64,000 nucleotides of DNA from Sphingomonadaceae bacterium (GCA_050261575.1 JBLNDL010000057.1:1-64000), one strand, 5' to 3'. Counted from the first letter of the stretch, positions 36,277-46,421 are shown. Made by a program: numbers and translations. The notes: generated by a model not told the origin, from the sequence alone.

Positions 36277-36334
36277 CTGTCAAGAATGGCGCTTAGAGTA
36301 TAATACTGAGCACCATTGCTCAAGATACTGAGGG

Positions 36335-36418
36335 TGCCGGGGAGGGGACTCGAACCCCTACTCCCTTGCGGGAAGCAGATTTTAAGTCTGCCGCGTCTGC
36401 CGGTTTCGCCACCCCGGC
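36335..36418 (-). tRNA. tRNA-Leu(UAA), CCA not encoded
   Basis: GCCGGGG/CCCCGGC acceptor stem, GCAGA-CTTAAAA-TCTGC anticodon arm, long variable arm, GGTTCGAGTCC T arm. Confidence 0.97.
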
Positions 36419-36442
36419 TCGAAACCTGAGTCCTTCCTCCAA

Positions 36443-36470
36443 ATCTTATCACACGGGTAGACCCCGTCAA
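36443..36470 (-). promoter_or_regulatory. tRNA promoter TTGACG-16-TAAGAT
   Basis: Near-consensus hexamers upstream of the tRNA 5' end. Confidence 0.55.
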
Positions 36471-36792
36471 TCCGTCGGCCACCGCGCAGGCGCCCCAACG
36501 GCCCGACGGCGCCCTGGCCGGCTCTAGAAAAGCGCTTGGCCGGCCAGGGCGCCGTGCCGAGCATTATGCGACCCTCGCGGGGCTGCGACGGGCCGAGAGA
36601 GCTACCACACCTGTCCTGCCGAATGGTAGCGAAGCATCTCCTAGTGGGTGCCGCACCCCCATTGCCACGTGGAGGCCCCGCGCCTGCGGCTCGGGGATGA
36701 CGAGGAGAAAGCCATGCTCGCCGCCCTCCCGAGCACGTTGTGTGCGTATTCTCGCTGTGATATAGTTGGCCGCCGCCGGGAGGAGAACTCAA

Positions 36793-37521
36793 TTGCGCAT
36801 CGGCATCGTCGCGGACATACACGCCAACCTGGCCGCACTGGAGGCCGTCCTTGCAGACATGGGCACGGTCGACGTCATCTGGTGCCTCGGGGACGTGGTG
36901 GGCTACGGCCCCGACCCCAACGAGTGCATCGAACTGCTCAGGCGCCACGACCACCTCTGCGTCGTGGGCAACCACGACATGGCGGCCATCGGCCGGCTCG
37001 ACACCTCCGACTTCAACCCCGATGCCGCCCAGGCCGCCGAATGGACCGCTGGCCAACTGACGGAACGCTCCCGGCTCTTCCTCTCGGCCCTTCCCGAGCG
37101 GCTCACCACCGATTCCTTCACCCTGGTCCACGGCAGCCCCCGCTCTCCCGTGTGGGAGTACATCACCCACGAGGGCCGTGCGGCCCCCAACTTCGAGCAC
37201 TTCGACACCACTGCCTGCCTGGTCGGCCACACCCACGTGCCCGCGATCTTCCTGCAGGAGCGCCCCGGCGGCCCCGTGCTCGGCCGAGTGGCCAGCCCAG
37301 GAGACCAGGTGGAGATCGGCCAGGGGCGGATCATCGCCAACCCGGGTGGTGTGGGACAGCCCCGCGACGGCGACCCCCGAGCCGCCTACGCCATCTACGA
37401 TAGCGGCTCCGGCATCCTGGAGTGGCACAGGGTCGACTACCCGATCCACGTCACCCAGCGCCGAATGAGGGACTTCGGACTCCCGCCCCGCCTGATTCAG
37501 CGCCTCGAGCACGGGTGGTAG
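36793..37521 (+). CDS. Metallophosphoesterase (calcineurin-like)
   Basis: DIHAN, GDVVGYG, GNHD, HGSP, GHTH, NPG motifs. Confidence 0.92.
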   Translation: MRIGIVADIHANLAALEAVLADMGTVDVIWCLGDVVGYGPDPNECIELLRRHDHLCVVGNHDMAAIGRLDTSDFNPDAAQAAEWTAGQLTERSRLFLSALPERLTTDSFTLVHGSPRSPVWEYITHEGRAAPNFEHFDTTACLVGHTHVPAIFLQERPGGPVLGRVASPGDQVEIGQGRIIANPGGVGQPRDGDPRAAYAIYDSGSGILEWHRVDYPIHVTQRRMRDFGLPPRLIQRLEHGW

Positions 37522-37596
37522 ACCCCATCAGCACATCCCCGCCGACGGATCCAATGGGAAAGGGCCGGCCTCGGGCCCGGAGCCGGCCCCCTTTGC

Positions 37597-37670
37597 GGCC
37601 CTCGCCATTGAGGACCAAACGAGGAGGAGAAAGAGAAGGATCGATCGCTAGGCCCTCGCCATTGAGGACC
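37597..37670. repeat. Two identical 20-bp palindromic repeats separated by 34 bp
   Basis: ggccctcgccattgaggacc at 37597 and 37651. Confidence 0.75.
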
Positions 37671-37903
37671 TACTTCTGGGTTAGGTATTCCTGGTAGGTC
37701 TTGACGACCTGGATCGCGCCCTTCGGGGCCTTCCGAATACAGAGGTCGCAGAAGGTGCACTCGTCCTCGTTCTCCGGATGCGGGTGCAGCCCCTTCTCGT
37801 CGGCGACCAGCGCGTCGACCGGGCATACGCCGGCCACCGCCTTCATCTCTTCCAGGCTCGCGAACTTGGTCTGATCTATCTTCAACTCTATGAACAGGCC
37901 CAT
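37670..37903 (-). CDS. 4Fe-4S ferredoxin-like protein
   Basis: CPVD..CTFCDLC. Confidence 0.8.
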   Translation of the reverse strand: MGLFIELKIDQTKFASLEEMKAVAGVCPVDALVADEKGLHPHPENEDECTFCDLCIRKAPKGAIQVVKTYQEYLTQK

Positions 37904-37988
37904 CGTTACCTCCAGCCATCAGCCCTTCGCCATCAGCCTTCAGCACGAATCACCCTACCGCCGATCGCTGATAGCCGACTGCCGATCG

Positions 37989-38897
37989 CTACTTTACTTC
38001 CGCCAGCAGCTTCTTGACGGCAGGGGCGATCTGATCGTGGGTGTCCACCACCACGATCCCCGCCTCGCGCATCGCCGCCTTCTTCCCCCGGGCCGAGCCG
38101 GTGTTGCCCTCCACGATCACCGCGGCGTGGCCGAAGTGCATCCCGGGCATGTTATCCACGAAGCCGCCCGTGACGAAGGCCACGATCGGCTTCGGATATT
38201 TCACCTCTCTCACCCACTCCGAGAGCCTCTCCTCGGCCGAGGTGCCGGGCTCGCAGAAGAGCACCACCACCTTGGTCTCCGGGTCCTCCTGCAGCAGCGG
38301 AAGCAACTCCACGAAGGTGGAGCCGATGACCGGATCGCCACCGATGTTGATCGCAGTGCTGATCCCGATGCCATTCTGCGCCAGCAGGCTGGCCGTCTCC
38401 GTCAGCATCCCTCCGCTTCGGGAGAGGATCGCAACGTTGCCCGGGAGGTATGCCTTCTTGAACTCGTCGGCCGGGCCGCCGATAGCTCCCAGCTTGCCCT
38501 TGCCGGGCGAAGCCATGCCGAGCGAGTTGGGTCCCACGATCCGAGCCCCGCGCTGCTTGGCGTACTCGATCATCTGGCAGACGTCTTTTCGCGGGATGCG
38601 CTCGGTGAAGACGCTGATGAACTTGATGCCCGCATCCACCGCCTCCATCGTGGCGTCCTTGGTGAAGGCAGGCGGCACCGACACGATGGACGTGTTTATC
38701 TCCGGGTGGGCCGAAACGGCTTCCTTGACGGTGTTGTAGACCGGAATGCCGTAGACGTCCTGCCCGCCCTTGCCGGGCGTCACTCCGGCCAGCACCTTCG
38801 TGCCGTACTCCACCATGCTGAGGGTGAAGGTGGTCGCCTCGCGCCCCGTTATCCCCTGAACCAGAACCCTGGTGTTCTCGTCGACGAGAATTGCCAT
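37989..38897 (-). CDS. sucD: Succinyl-CoA synthetase alpha-like subunit
   Basis: VQGITG, GVTPGKGG, GPNS, SRSG, FGHA phospho-His motif. Confidence 0.9.
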   Translation of the reverse strand: MAILVDENTRVLVQGITGREATTFTLSMVEYGTKVLAGVTPGKGGQDVYGIPVYNTVKEAVSAHPEINTSIVSVPPAFTKDATMEAVDAGIKFISVFTERIPRKDVCQMIEYAKQRGARIVGPNSLGMASPGKGKLGAIGGPADEFKKAYLPGNVAILSRSGGMLTETASLLAQNGIGISTAINIGGDPVIGSTFVELLPLLQEDPETKVVVLFCEPGTSAEERLSEWVREVKYPKPIVAFVTGGFVDNMPGMHFGHAAVIVEGNTGSARGKKAAMREAGIVVVDTHDQIAPAVKKLLAEVK

Positions 38898-38909
38898 CTA
38901 CTTGCCTCC

Positions 38910-40112
38910 CTACAGCCCTTCCATCATGCGGACGGCAGCCTTCGCGGCGTCCTCCATGGTGACCTCGCGTCCGAGGTACTTCACGCCGTACTTCCGCAGG
39001 ATGGCGTAGGCGTCCTCTTCGAAGGCACCCGCCGACCTGAAGGTGATGGGATAGGTGGCCGGGTCGATCCCCAGTTCCAGCATCGCCTTGATCATCCCCC
39101 TGGCCAGGGTGTCCACCCGAGAGTTGCTGAAGACGTTGGTCATCACGGCCAACCCCTTCACCTCGGGCTTCTGAAGGATCAGCTTGCACAGACGGTACAC
39201 CTTGCTCACCGGCGGATTGCCGCCCACCTCGCAGTAGTTGGCGGGCTTCCCGCCGTTGCGGAGGATCGCGTCGAACAGGGTCAGACTGCCGCCCCCGGCG
39301 CCGATCATCAGACCCAGGTTGCCGGGGAACTCCACCACCCGGCCGGCCACGCCCCGGTAGTCAGCCTTGTCGATCTTCAGGGCTTCCACCTCGAACGGCG
39401 TGGGCGGCTTGGCGTTGTCGTCCCGGTCGAAGATCCCGAGCTTGCCCAGCCGATCCTTCTGCCGGTACATCGCGTCGCCCTCGATCTCGATGTGCGCGTC
39501 GGCCGCGATCACCCGCCCGTCGGCGGTGACCACCAGAGGGTTGACCTCCGCGAGGATCGCATCGAAGGTGTCGAACGCCTCCCACAGCTTCAAGAAGACC
39601 GACTGCGCCTCGGAGTTGGTCTTGCCCGTGAGACCCAGCCCAAAGGCCAACTCCCTGGCCTGGAAGGGGTGCATCCCTATCCATGCGCCCATGCTGCACT
39701 TCTTGATCCGGCTGGGATCCTTCTCGGCCACCTCGTTGATGTCCATGCCGCCGGAGGCGCTGGCCATCATCAACCGGCCCTTAGTGCGCTCCTCGTAGGT
39801 GGCGGCCACGTACAACTCCTGGGCAATGGGGAGCTTCTCCTCCACCAGCAGTTGCTTTACCGTGTATCCCTTGATCTGCATCCCCAGCATGTCTCGAGCG
39901 ACCTGCTCGGCTTGCTCGGGGGTGTCAGCAAAACGAACCCCTCCGGCCTTCCCCCGCCCGGTAGCCAACACCTGAACCTTAAGCACCACCGGCCGGCCCA
40001 GTTCCGCGGCCGCCTGCCGAGCCTCCTCGGGGCTCGCCACCAGCTTGCCGGCCGGCAGCGGGATCCCGACGCTGGCCAGGATGCGCTTGCTCTCGTACTC
40101 GTACAGCCTCAT
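38910..40112 (-). CDS. sucC: Succinyl-CoA synthetase beta-like subunit
   Basis: MRLYEYESK, GRGKAGG, EVNPL, GAGGG, PANYCEVGG. Confidence 0.9.
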   Translation of the reverse strand: MRLYEYESKRILASVGIPLPAGKLVASPEEARQAAAELGRPVVLKVQVLATGRGKAGGVRFADTPEQAEQVARDMLGMQIKGYTVKQLLVEEKLPIAQELYVAATYEERTKGRLMMASASGGMDINEVAEKDPSRIKKCSMGAWIGMHPFQARELAFGLGLTGKTNSEAQSVFLKLWEAFDTFDAILAEVNPLVVTADGRVIAADAHIEIEGDAMYRQKDRLGKLGIFDRDDNAKPPTPFEVEALKIDKADYRGVAGRVVEFPGNLGLMIGAGGGSLTLFDAILRNGGKPANYCEVGGNPPVSKVYRLCKLILQKPEVKGLAVMTNVFSNSRVDTLARGMIKAMLELGIDPATYPITFRSAGAFEEDAYAILRKYGVKYLGREVTMEDAAKAAVRMMEGL

Positions 40113-40201
40113 CCGTTTCCTCCAGACACGGGGCACCGAGACGCGGAGACGGGAGTGGGAACCACCCCGCGTCTCCATGTCTGCACGTCTCCGCGTCCCT
40201 A

Positions 40202-40762
40202 CTACACAGATGCCTTTGCGGCCGCCTCGCCTAGCTCGAACCCTCGGCGCAGGGCCTTCATGTTCAGTTCCTCGGTACCCTTGGGCGCGCTATCCATGAC
40301 GGCCTTCTCGATCGCTTCCCTGGACACGGTTCCGTCCACACCGACGAGGGCACCCAGCATAACCACGTTCGCAACCACCCTCCTGGAAAGCTCCTCGGTG
40401 GCCACTCTGGTAGCCGGCACCTTGATCACGCGCGAGTACTTGCCCTCCGGTATGTTCGGCACCAGATCCTCGTCCACGATCAGGACGCCGCCCTCACGCA
40501 TGGCAGGCACGTAGCGGGTTGCCGACTCGGGGGACATGGTGACCAGCACCTCGGGGGCCACGCACATGGGGTAGTCGATCCGCTCCGGGGAGATGACCAC
40601 GTCGGACACGCAGGCGCCACCTCGAGACTCGGCGCCGTGGGAGTTGGTCTGGGTCGCCTCGCTGTTGTTGTAGATGGCGGCCGCGCGGGCCAGGATTACC
40701 CCGGCCAGCACGATGCCCTGGCCGCCGAAGCCGCTGATCCTAACCTCTTTCCTGCTAGCCAC
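40202..40762 (-). CDS. 2-oxoacid:ferredoxin oxidoreductase gamma subunit
   Basis: GFGGQG, HGAESRGG, NVVMLGA. Confidence 0.92.
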   Translation of the reverse strand: MASRKEVRISGFGGQGIVLAGVILARAAAIYNNSEATQTNSHGAESRGGACVSDVVISPERIDYPMCVAPEVLVTMSPESATRYVPAMREGGVLIVDEDLVPNIPEGKYSRVIKVPATRVATEELSRRVVANVVMLGALVGVDGTVSREAIEKAVMDSAPKGTEELNMKALRRGFELGEAAAKASV

Positions 40763-41630
40763 GGTACGCCTCCCGCTGGGTCCTCGCCAGTTCGTGCAGA
40801 GCGCTCACCACCTCGGGCCGCTCGGTGCACACGAACTCGCCCCACGGCCTCTTGCCCTTCCGCTCCTCGGGGCTCATCTTGTCGAACTGCTCCTTGCGGA
40901 TGAAGGTCTTCTTCATCCACTCCATCATCGCGATGCTGTTGTCGCCCAGCTTGTTGCTGCGACCGTAGAAGGTGGGGCACTGGGAGATGATCTCCACGAA
41001 GGAGAAGCCCTTGTTCTGGATAGCCTTCTTGATGAAGTTGATGCTGGGTCGCGGGTTGGTGGTGGTGGACCGGGCCACGTAGGTGGCGCCGGAGGCCGCA
41101 ACGAGCTCGCACAGGTCGAAGCCGTCCTCCACCAGGCCGTACCGGGAGGTGGCCGAGAGGGAGCCGATGGGGGTGGTGGGCGAGTACTGGCCGCCCGTCA
41201 TCCCGTAGGTGTAGTTGTTCACGCAGATGGCCGTGACGTCGGCGTTTCGCCGCGCGGTCTGGATCAGGTGGTTGCCGCCGATGGCCGAGGTCTCGCCATC
41301 ACCCATGTGGCAGATGACGTTCAAGCTCGGGTTCGCCAGCTTGATGCCGGTGGCGAAGCCCAGAGGCCGGCCGTGGAGGGTATGCATGTAGTCGTACTTC
41401 CAGTAGGTGCACATTCGGCCGGTGCAGCCGCTGCCACCCACCCAGACCACGGTGTTCGGATCCAATCCCAACTCGTCGATCGCGATTGCAGTGTAGTACC
41501 AGATTTGCCCGATGCCGCAGCCCTCGCACCAGATGTGCGGGTTGCCTGGGGCGCCGAAGCGGAAATACTTTATGGCTGGGTGCTCGAGCACCTCGGGATC
41601 TTCTCTGGCGATCACAGGAGCGTCTGCCAC
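40755..41630 (-). CDS. 2-oxoacid:ferredoxin oxidoreductase beta subunit
   Basis: WCEGCG, HTLHGR, GDG..IGGNH, NN..YGMTGGQ, CPT. Confidence 0.93.
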   Translation of the reverse strand: MADAPVIAREDPEVLEHPAIKYFRFGAPGNPHIWCEGCGIGQIWYYTAIAIDELGLDPNTVVWVGGSGCTGRMCTYWKYDYMHTLHGRPLGFATGIKLANPSLNVICHMGDGETSAIGGNHLIQTARRNADVTAICVNNYTYGMTGGQYSPTTPIGSLSATSRYGLVEDGFDLCELVAASGATYVARSTTTNPRPSINFIKKAIQNKGFSFVEIISQCPTFYGRSNKLGDNSIAMMEWMKKTFIRKEQFDKMSPEERKGKRPWGEFVCTERPEVVSALHELARTQREAYRG

Positions 41631-42779
41631 TTACATCACCTTCCTTATCACGTCCAGGATCTCCGCAGGCGTGTGCATGGCGACCCCGGGCTTGGAGAAG
41701 AGGATCACCTCGGAGTCTCTGCCGAGGCACCGCTGGACCTCGCGCTGGACCTTCCCCATGTTCATCTCGGCGACGATGACCTTCTTGACGTTCTTGCCGA
41801 CCCGCGCAATGTAGTTGTCGGGGAAGGGCCAGATGCCGATCAGCCGGCTGAAGCCGACCTTCAGGCCTTCGGCACGCGCCTGCCGAACGGCGGCCTTGAC
41901 CGAGCGGGCAACGGAGCCGAAGCCTATCACCAGCACCTCAGCGTCGTCGATGAAGCCATCCTCGACCCTGGTCAGCTTGTCGGCATTCGCCTCCACCTTG
42001 TTCCAAAGCCGCCCCACGATCTCCTTCTGGACGTCGTATGCCTGGGAGGGAGAGCCGTCCGCCGTACGGGCGAAGCTGGAGACCGCCAGGCGGTAGCCCT
42101 GGCCGAAGGCAGGCATCGGGGGCACCCACTCACCCTCCGGCACTGCCCAGGTCTTGTAGCCCTCGCCCGGCTTCTCGGTGGGCTTGCGGCGCGGGGTCAC
42201 CTTGACCTCGGAGGGGATGACGACCTTCTCCCGCAGGTTGGAGAGGATCTCGTCACCGAGGATGAAGGTTGGCACCCGGTACTCCTCGGAAAGGTTGAAT
42301 GCCTCGACAGTGAGGTCGAACATCTCCTGGGGAGACTCGGGGGCCAAGGCAATGATTGAGTAGTCGCCGTTGCTGCCGTAGCGCACCTGGTAGATGTCGC
42401 CCTGTGCGCTCTTGGTGGCGATGCCGGTGCCGGGTCCCGCCCGCATCATGTCCACGATCACACAGGGGGTCTCGGTCATCGCGGCGTAGCCGATGTTCTC
42501 CTGCATCAGGCAGATGCCGTTACCGGAGGTGGCGGTCATCGACTTGTAGCCGCCCCACACGGAGCCGATGACGATGGTGAGCGAGTCCAGCTCGTCGGCA
42601 CCCTGCAGGTAGATGCCGCCCGCCTGAGGCAGACGCCGGGCCATCGCCTCGGCGATCTCGGTGGCGGGGCTGATGGGATAGCCCGCGAAGAGGTTGCAGC
42701 CGGCCGCGAGCGCCCCCTCGGCACAAGCCTGCTGCCCCTGCATCAGATGCACACCCGTAAGAAGTCTGGGATTGGCCAT
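41631..42779 (-). CDS. 2-oxoacid:ferredoxin oxidoreductase alpha subunit
   Basis: AGYPISPATE, TATSG, RAGPGTG, EMNMG. Confidence 0.93.
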   Translation of the reverse strand: MANPRLLTGVHLMQGQQACAEGALAAGCNLFAGYPISPATEIAEAMARRLPQAGGIYLQGADELDSLTIVIGSVWGGYKSMTATSGNGICLMQENIGYAAMTETPCVIVDMMRAGPGTGIATKSAQGDIYQVRYGSNGDYSIIALAPESPQEMFDLTVEAFNLSEEYRVPTFILGDEILSNLREKVVIPSEVKVTPRRKPTEKPGEGYKTWAVPEGEWVPPMPAFGQGYRLAVSSFARTADGSPSQAYDVQKEIVGRLWNKVEANADKLTRVEDGFIDDAEVLVIGFGSVARSVKAAVRQARAEGLKVGFSRLIGIWPFPDNYIARVGKNVKKVIVAEMNMGKVQREVQRCLGRDSEVILFSKPGVAMHTPAEILDVIRKVM

Positions 42780-43033
42780 TAGACTGTCCCCTCCTCGTCT
42801 GCGCTGGCCTTGGGGCCCACAGCGATGGCGAAGTTGCCGCAGTACATCTCGCACAGCTTGCAGCCGGTGCACTTGTCGATGTCGGCGGCCACCGGAGGAT
42901 AGACACCGCGCTTGTTCAACTTGGTGTCCTTCGCCAACACGTGCATCGGGCAGTATTCGACGCAGTTGCCGCAGCCCGTGCAGTAGTTGTGGTTTACCGC
43001 TATCCGGTATCCCGTCTTGACCTTTGGAGCCAC
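42779..43033 (-). CDS. 2-oxoacid:ferredoxin oxidoreductase delta (2x4Fe-4S) subunit
   Basis: CTGCGNCVEYCP and CTGCKLCEMYC. Confidence 0.9.
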   Translation of the reverse strand: MAPKVKTGYRIAVNHNYCTGCGNCVEYCPMHVLAKDTKLNKRGVYPPVAADIDKCTGCKLCEMYCGNFAIAVGPKASADEEGTV

Positions 43034-43190
43034 CTTGTTCCTCCCTAACCCAACGATACCTGTCGAAGCCCACCGGGCGTGACCTGAGATCCCGATGCCT
43101 TCAGCGGCCTGGATGGAGACTCGAAGCTGCGCCGCCCCCTGACCCTCCCGGGCGAGGAGGCGGCGTGCAAACCCTGGAGAAGATCACCCG

Positions 43191-43895
43191 TCACCGTTCG
43201 GCTGACTCTGCCGCTTCGCCCGTTCTGGCCGGGGCGAACTCCGCCACGACCCCGCGAACGTGCTGGTTCAGCGCATCCTTCAGCGCCTGAAGATCCCGGG
43301 CCTCGAAGGCATCCAGGATCGCGCGATGCTCCCGCACGCTGGCGAGGCTGCGGCGGTATCCACCCTGAGCCGCGAGATTCGTCCGGAAGATATGCACGTG
43401 AACGCTCAGTCCGCGGTAGATCTTGAGGAGGTGCCGGTTCCTGGCGCTGCTCACCACGAGGAGGTGGAACTGGGAGTCCCGCTTGCTGAACTCCGCGTAG
43501 TCCAGGCAACGACCCTCCTCGTCGAATAGCTGGATCATCTCCGCCAGCAGCCGCCGCATCTCCGCGAGTTGGTCTGCCTCCAGAAGGTAGACCCCCTGCT
43601 CCACGGCGGCCAGCTCGATGAGACGGCGCGCGTCCAGCAGGTCGGCGATCTCATCGGGATCGAGCCGCGCAACGAAGTAGCCCTTGCGGGCCACGTCCTC
43701 GACGAGCCCCTCAGCCGCCAGCCGGTTGAGGGCATCCCTGACCGGGGTCAAGCTCACCCCGAACTGGCGGGCGAGCTCCACGACCGGCAGCGGGCTGCCC
43801 GGGGCCAGTTCGCAGGTGACGATCCGGTCCCTGATGGCCTCGTAGACCTTCTCGCCCAGATCGGGATAGTTGACAAGCAGAGCCGGTTTCGACAT
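43191..43895 (-). CDS. GntR/FCD family transcriptional regulator
   Basis: LARQFGVSLTPVRDAL..EGL; D..FH..EH..I FCD motifs. Confidence 0.92.
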   Translation of the reverse strand: MSKPALLVNYPDLGEKVYEAIRDRIVTCELAPGSPLPVVELARQFGVSLTPVRDALNRLAAEGLVEDVARKGYFVARLDPDEIADLLDARRLIELAAVEQGVYLLEADQLAEMRRLLAEMIQLFDEEGRCLDYAEFSKRDSQFHLLVVSSARNRHLLKIYRGLSVHVHIFRTNLAAQGGYRRSLASVREHRAILDAFEARDLQALKDALNQHVRGVVAEFAPARTGEAAESAER

Positions 43896-44089
43896 AGAAC
43901 GCCTCGGGGTGGTGTGCTGAGTGGGCCAACAAGCGCCACCGATACTCGATGTGCTGCGCACGATATCTCATATATTTGGCGCAGCGCCATCCTATATCGA
44001 AGCCGGTGCGCTGTCAAGCAGCAGTTGGGAGTGTGGATGGCTTTCCCAGAGGAGGGTCAGGAACGGCGCGGCGCGCCGCGAGCACGAGC

Positions 44090-45430
44090 CTACCGGCCCG
44101 ACTGCACCGCCATCCGAGCCGCGCCCTTCGCCCTGCCGGCCACCGCCCGCACCTTCCGGGGGGCCGCCAGCCAGAAGAGGAGACAAGCGAGCCACATGGC
44201 AGGTATCGCCATGGCGAAGGCCAAGCTGTAGCTCCCGGTGATGTCGAAGACGTACCCCCCAAGGAATGCGCCGGCAGCCGACCCGAGGTTGCCCACCATG
44301 TAGATTCCGCCCAGGATGGAGCCGTACCGTCTACCGTGAAAGACGTCGGCCGACAGAACTGGGGTCAGCACCGCCGAAGCGCCGTAGCACAGCCCGTAAA
44401 CCACGCCGTATCCGTAGAACAGGATGGGGGGCGATCCCGAATGGGTCTGTAGGATGATCCCTATCCCGAGGGTTCCGGCCGTAAAGGCCATGGTGTATGC
44501 CAGTTCCCGCCCCAACCTATCGGATATCGCTCCCCACAGGATCTTCCCGCAGGAGCCCACGATCCCCACCGTGCCCACCACGGAGGCCACGACCAACCTG
44601 TCGACGCCGATGTCGACGAAGAAAGCCGCCTGATGGGTGAGCATTACGTTCAGCGCCACCATCTCCAGGCCACGAGCCAGGGAGATCAACCAGAAGCGGC
44701 TCGTGCGGGCCGCCGATCGCAGTGTCCATTCGCGAGCGGCCCACTCCTTGTCCACCACCAGCGCTTCCGGTTGTGCCTTCCCAACCCCACCTGCCTCGAT
44801 CCCGGCGTCCTCCGCATCGCCGTCGGGCCGCAGCCCCAATTCCTCGGGCTTGTGGCGCTGGAACACCACCGCCAGGACGGGGATGATGGTCATCGTGCCG
44901 ATCGCCAGCACCACGTAGGCCGTCCTCCAGCCGTAGTTGAGGATCACGGACTGGAGGAAAGGCACCAACAGAAGGGTGCCTACGCCTATGCCTGCGGTGG
45001 CCAGCCCTCCTGCCAGCCCCCGCCTCCTGACAAACCATCCATTTAGAACCGTGAAGGCAGGCACCGAGCCGAAGCTGCTCAGCCCCGCCGCTGCGACCAC
45101 GCCGAACAGCAGGTAGAACTCCCACAGGGTGGAGAGCCGGGTGGTCAGCAGAAGCCCCGTCCCCAGGACGATTGCGCCGAGGGGTAGGACGCGGCGCGGG
45201 CCGAACCGATCGATCAGCCCGCCGGCCACCGGCGAGTAGAAGCCGTAGACGAGTGTGAACACAGAGAAGGTGGCGGCGGTCGCCGCCCGAGACCACCCGA
45301 ACTCCTCCAGAATGGCCACGTAGAAGATGGAGAAGGAGTGCCACGTGGCGTACCCCACCGCGAAGCACACGAAGGTCACCGCGACGATGACCCATCCGTA
45401 GAAGAAGGGGAGCCTCTTCCACCACGACAT
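44090..45430 (-). CDS. MFS transporter
   Basis: FFYGWVIV, GGLIDRFGPRR, SDRLGRE; ~12 TM segments. Confidence 0.92.
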   Translation of the reverse strand: MSWWKRLPFFYGWVIVAVTFVCFAVGYATWHSFSIFYVAILEEFGWSRAATAATFSVFTLVYGFYSPVAGGLIDRFGPRRVLPLGAIVLGTGLLLTTRLSTLWEFYLLFGVVAAAGLSSFGSVPAFTVLNGWFVRRRGLAGGLATAGIGVGTLLLVPFLQSVILNYGWRTAYVVLAIGTMTIIPVLAVVFQRHKPEELGLRPDGDAEDAGIEAGGVGKAQPEALVVDKEWAAREWTLRSAARTSRFWLISLARGLEMVALNVMLTHQAAFFVDIGVDRLVVASVVGTVGIVGSCGKILWGAISDRLGRELAYTMAFTAGTLGIGIILQTHSGSPPILFYGYGVVYGLCYGASAVLTPVLSADVFHGRRYGSILGGIYMVGNLGSAAGAFLGGYVFDITGSYSLAFAMAIPAMWLACLLFWLAAPRKVRAVAGRAKGAARMAVQSGR

Positions 45431-45583
45431 CGCGATCAGCCCACCGTTGTGCGTTCTGGGTTCCGAGTCTCTCACGCCCAACGTTCCGACCCCACGAGGA
45501 GGGACCGTAGGGCAGAATCTCGCGCCCTGCCGTCCTCCCGAGGCCTCGGGATCGAGCCCACCCCCTAATGCTCTCGGCAGACC

Positions 45584-46147
45584 CTAGCAGGCGGCCGCAC
45601 CCACCAGTTTCCGACCCTCCTCGAAGCCCTCCTTCAGGGCCGCCAGATTCAGGTCCACAGTCTTCTTGGGAACCGTCTCCTCGACCGCCGCCACGAGGGC
45701 ATCGTAGCTCACGAAGCCGGTGATCGCCGCGAGCGCCCCCAGCATCACCATGTTGGCGACGATCTTCTTGCCCAGCCGGAACTCGGCGATATCGGTCATC
45801 GGCAGCGGATACAGGTGAGCTATACCCTCCGGAATCTTGCTCACGAGGCTGCTGTCCACCAGCACCGCCGCCCGCTGCAGGTCCATCTCGGGAAGATAGC
45901 GATCCAGCGCCGGCTGGCTCATCGCCACCAGCACGTCCGGATCCATCGGCTTGATGTAGTCGATCTCCTCGTCGCTGATCACCACTTCGGCTCGACATGC
46001 CCCACCACGAGACTCCGGCCCGTAGCTCTGGGTCTGGGCCACCTCCCTACCCTCGTGGATTCCTGCCGCCACCGACAGGATCAGCCCGGAGAGGATCACC
46101 CCCTGACCGCCGAAACCGGCGATCCTCATCTCACTTCTCACGCTCAC
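45584..46147 (-). CDS. 2-oxoacid:ferredoxin oxidoreductase gamma subunit (copy 2)
   Basis: GFGGQG, SYGPESRGG, NMVMLGA. Confidence 0.92.
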   Translation of the reverse strand: MSVRSEMRIAGFGGQGVILSGLILSVAAGIHEGREVAQTQSYGPESRGGACRAEVVISDEEIDYIKPMDPDVLVAMSQPALDRYLPEMDLQRAAVLVDSSLVSKIPEGIAHLYPLPMTDIAEFRLGKKIVANMVMLGALAAITGFVSYDALVAAVEETVPKKTVDLNLAALKEGFEEGRKLVGAAAC

Positions 46148-46346
46148 CCTCCACCACTATGGCGAAGTCGGGGCAGATCATCTCGCACATCAGACACTTG
46201 GTGCATGCCTCGGGCTTAGCCGCCTCGGGCACCAGGAAGCCCGCGCTCCCTCTCTCGTTGGATACCGCAAGCACATCCTTCGGGCAGTTGGCTACGCAGA
46301 GGTTGCACCCCTTGCAGAACTTCTTATCCACGGTGATAGTGATCAC
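46131..46346 (-). CDS. 2-oxoacid:ferredoxin oxidoreductase delta subunit (copy 2)
   Basis: CKGCNLCVANCP, CTKCLMCEMICPDFAI. Confidence 0.9.
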   Translation of the reverse strand: MITITVDKKFCKGCNLCVANCPKDVLAVSNERGSAGFLVPEAAKPEACTKCLMCEMICPDFAIVVEGEREK

Positions 46347-46421
46347 TTCGTCTCCTCGCTCCCTGCAAGCAATGAGTGATGAATGGTAAGCCACGAGTCC
46401 ACCATCACCCATCACTCATCA

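Larger units (their letters stand above)
1..36334. mobile_element. Prophage (siphovirus-like, temperate) integrated at the 3' end of tRNA-Leu; left end not visible or eroded
   Basis: Contiguous integrase, lysogeny, replication, packaging, head and tail modules; integrase ends ~155 bp from the tRNA 3' end; host housekeeping genes lie beyond the tRNA. Confidence 0.95.

Noticed and set aside
1..36334. Reverse transcriptase, diversity-generating retroelement, retron or IS element in the prophage
   Set aside because: No RT or transposase motifs and no template/variable repeat pair seen in this window
37597..37670. CRISPR array
   Set aside because: Only two 20-bp repeats, low-complexity spacer and no cas genes in the window
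37890..42359. 874-aa and 561-aa plus-strand ORFs
   Set aside because: Antisense shadows of sucCD and OFOR genes; no motifs
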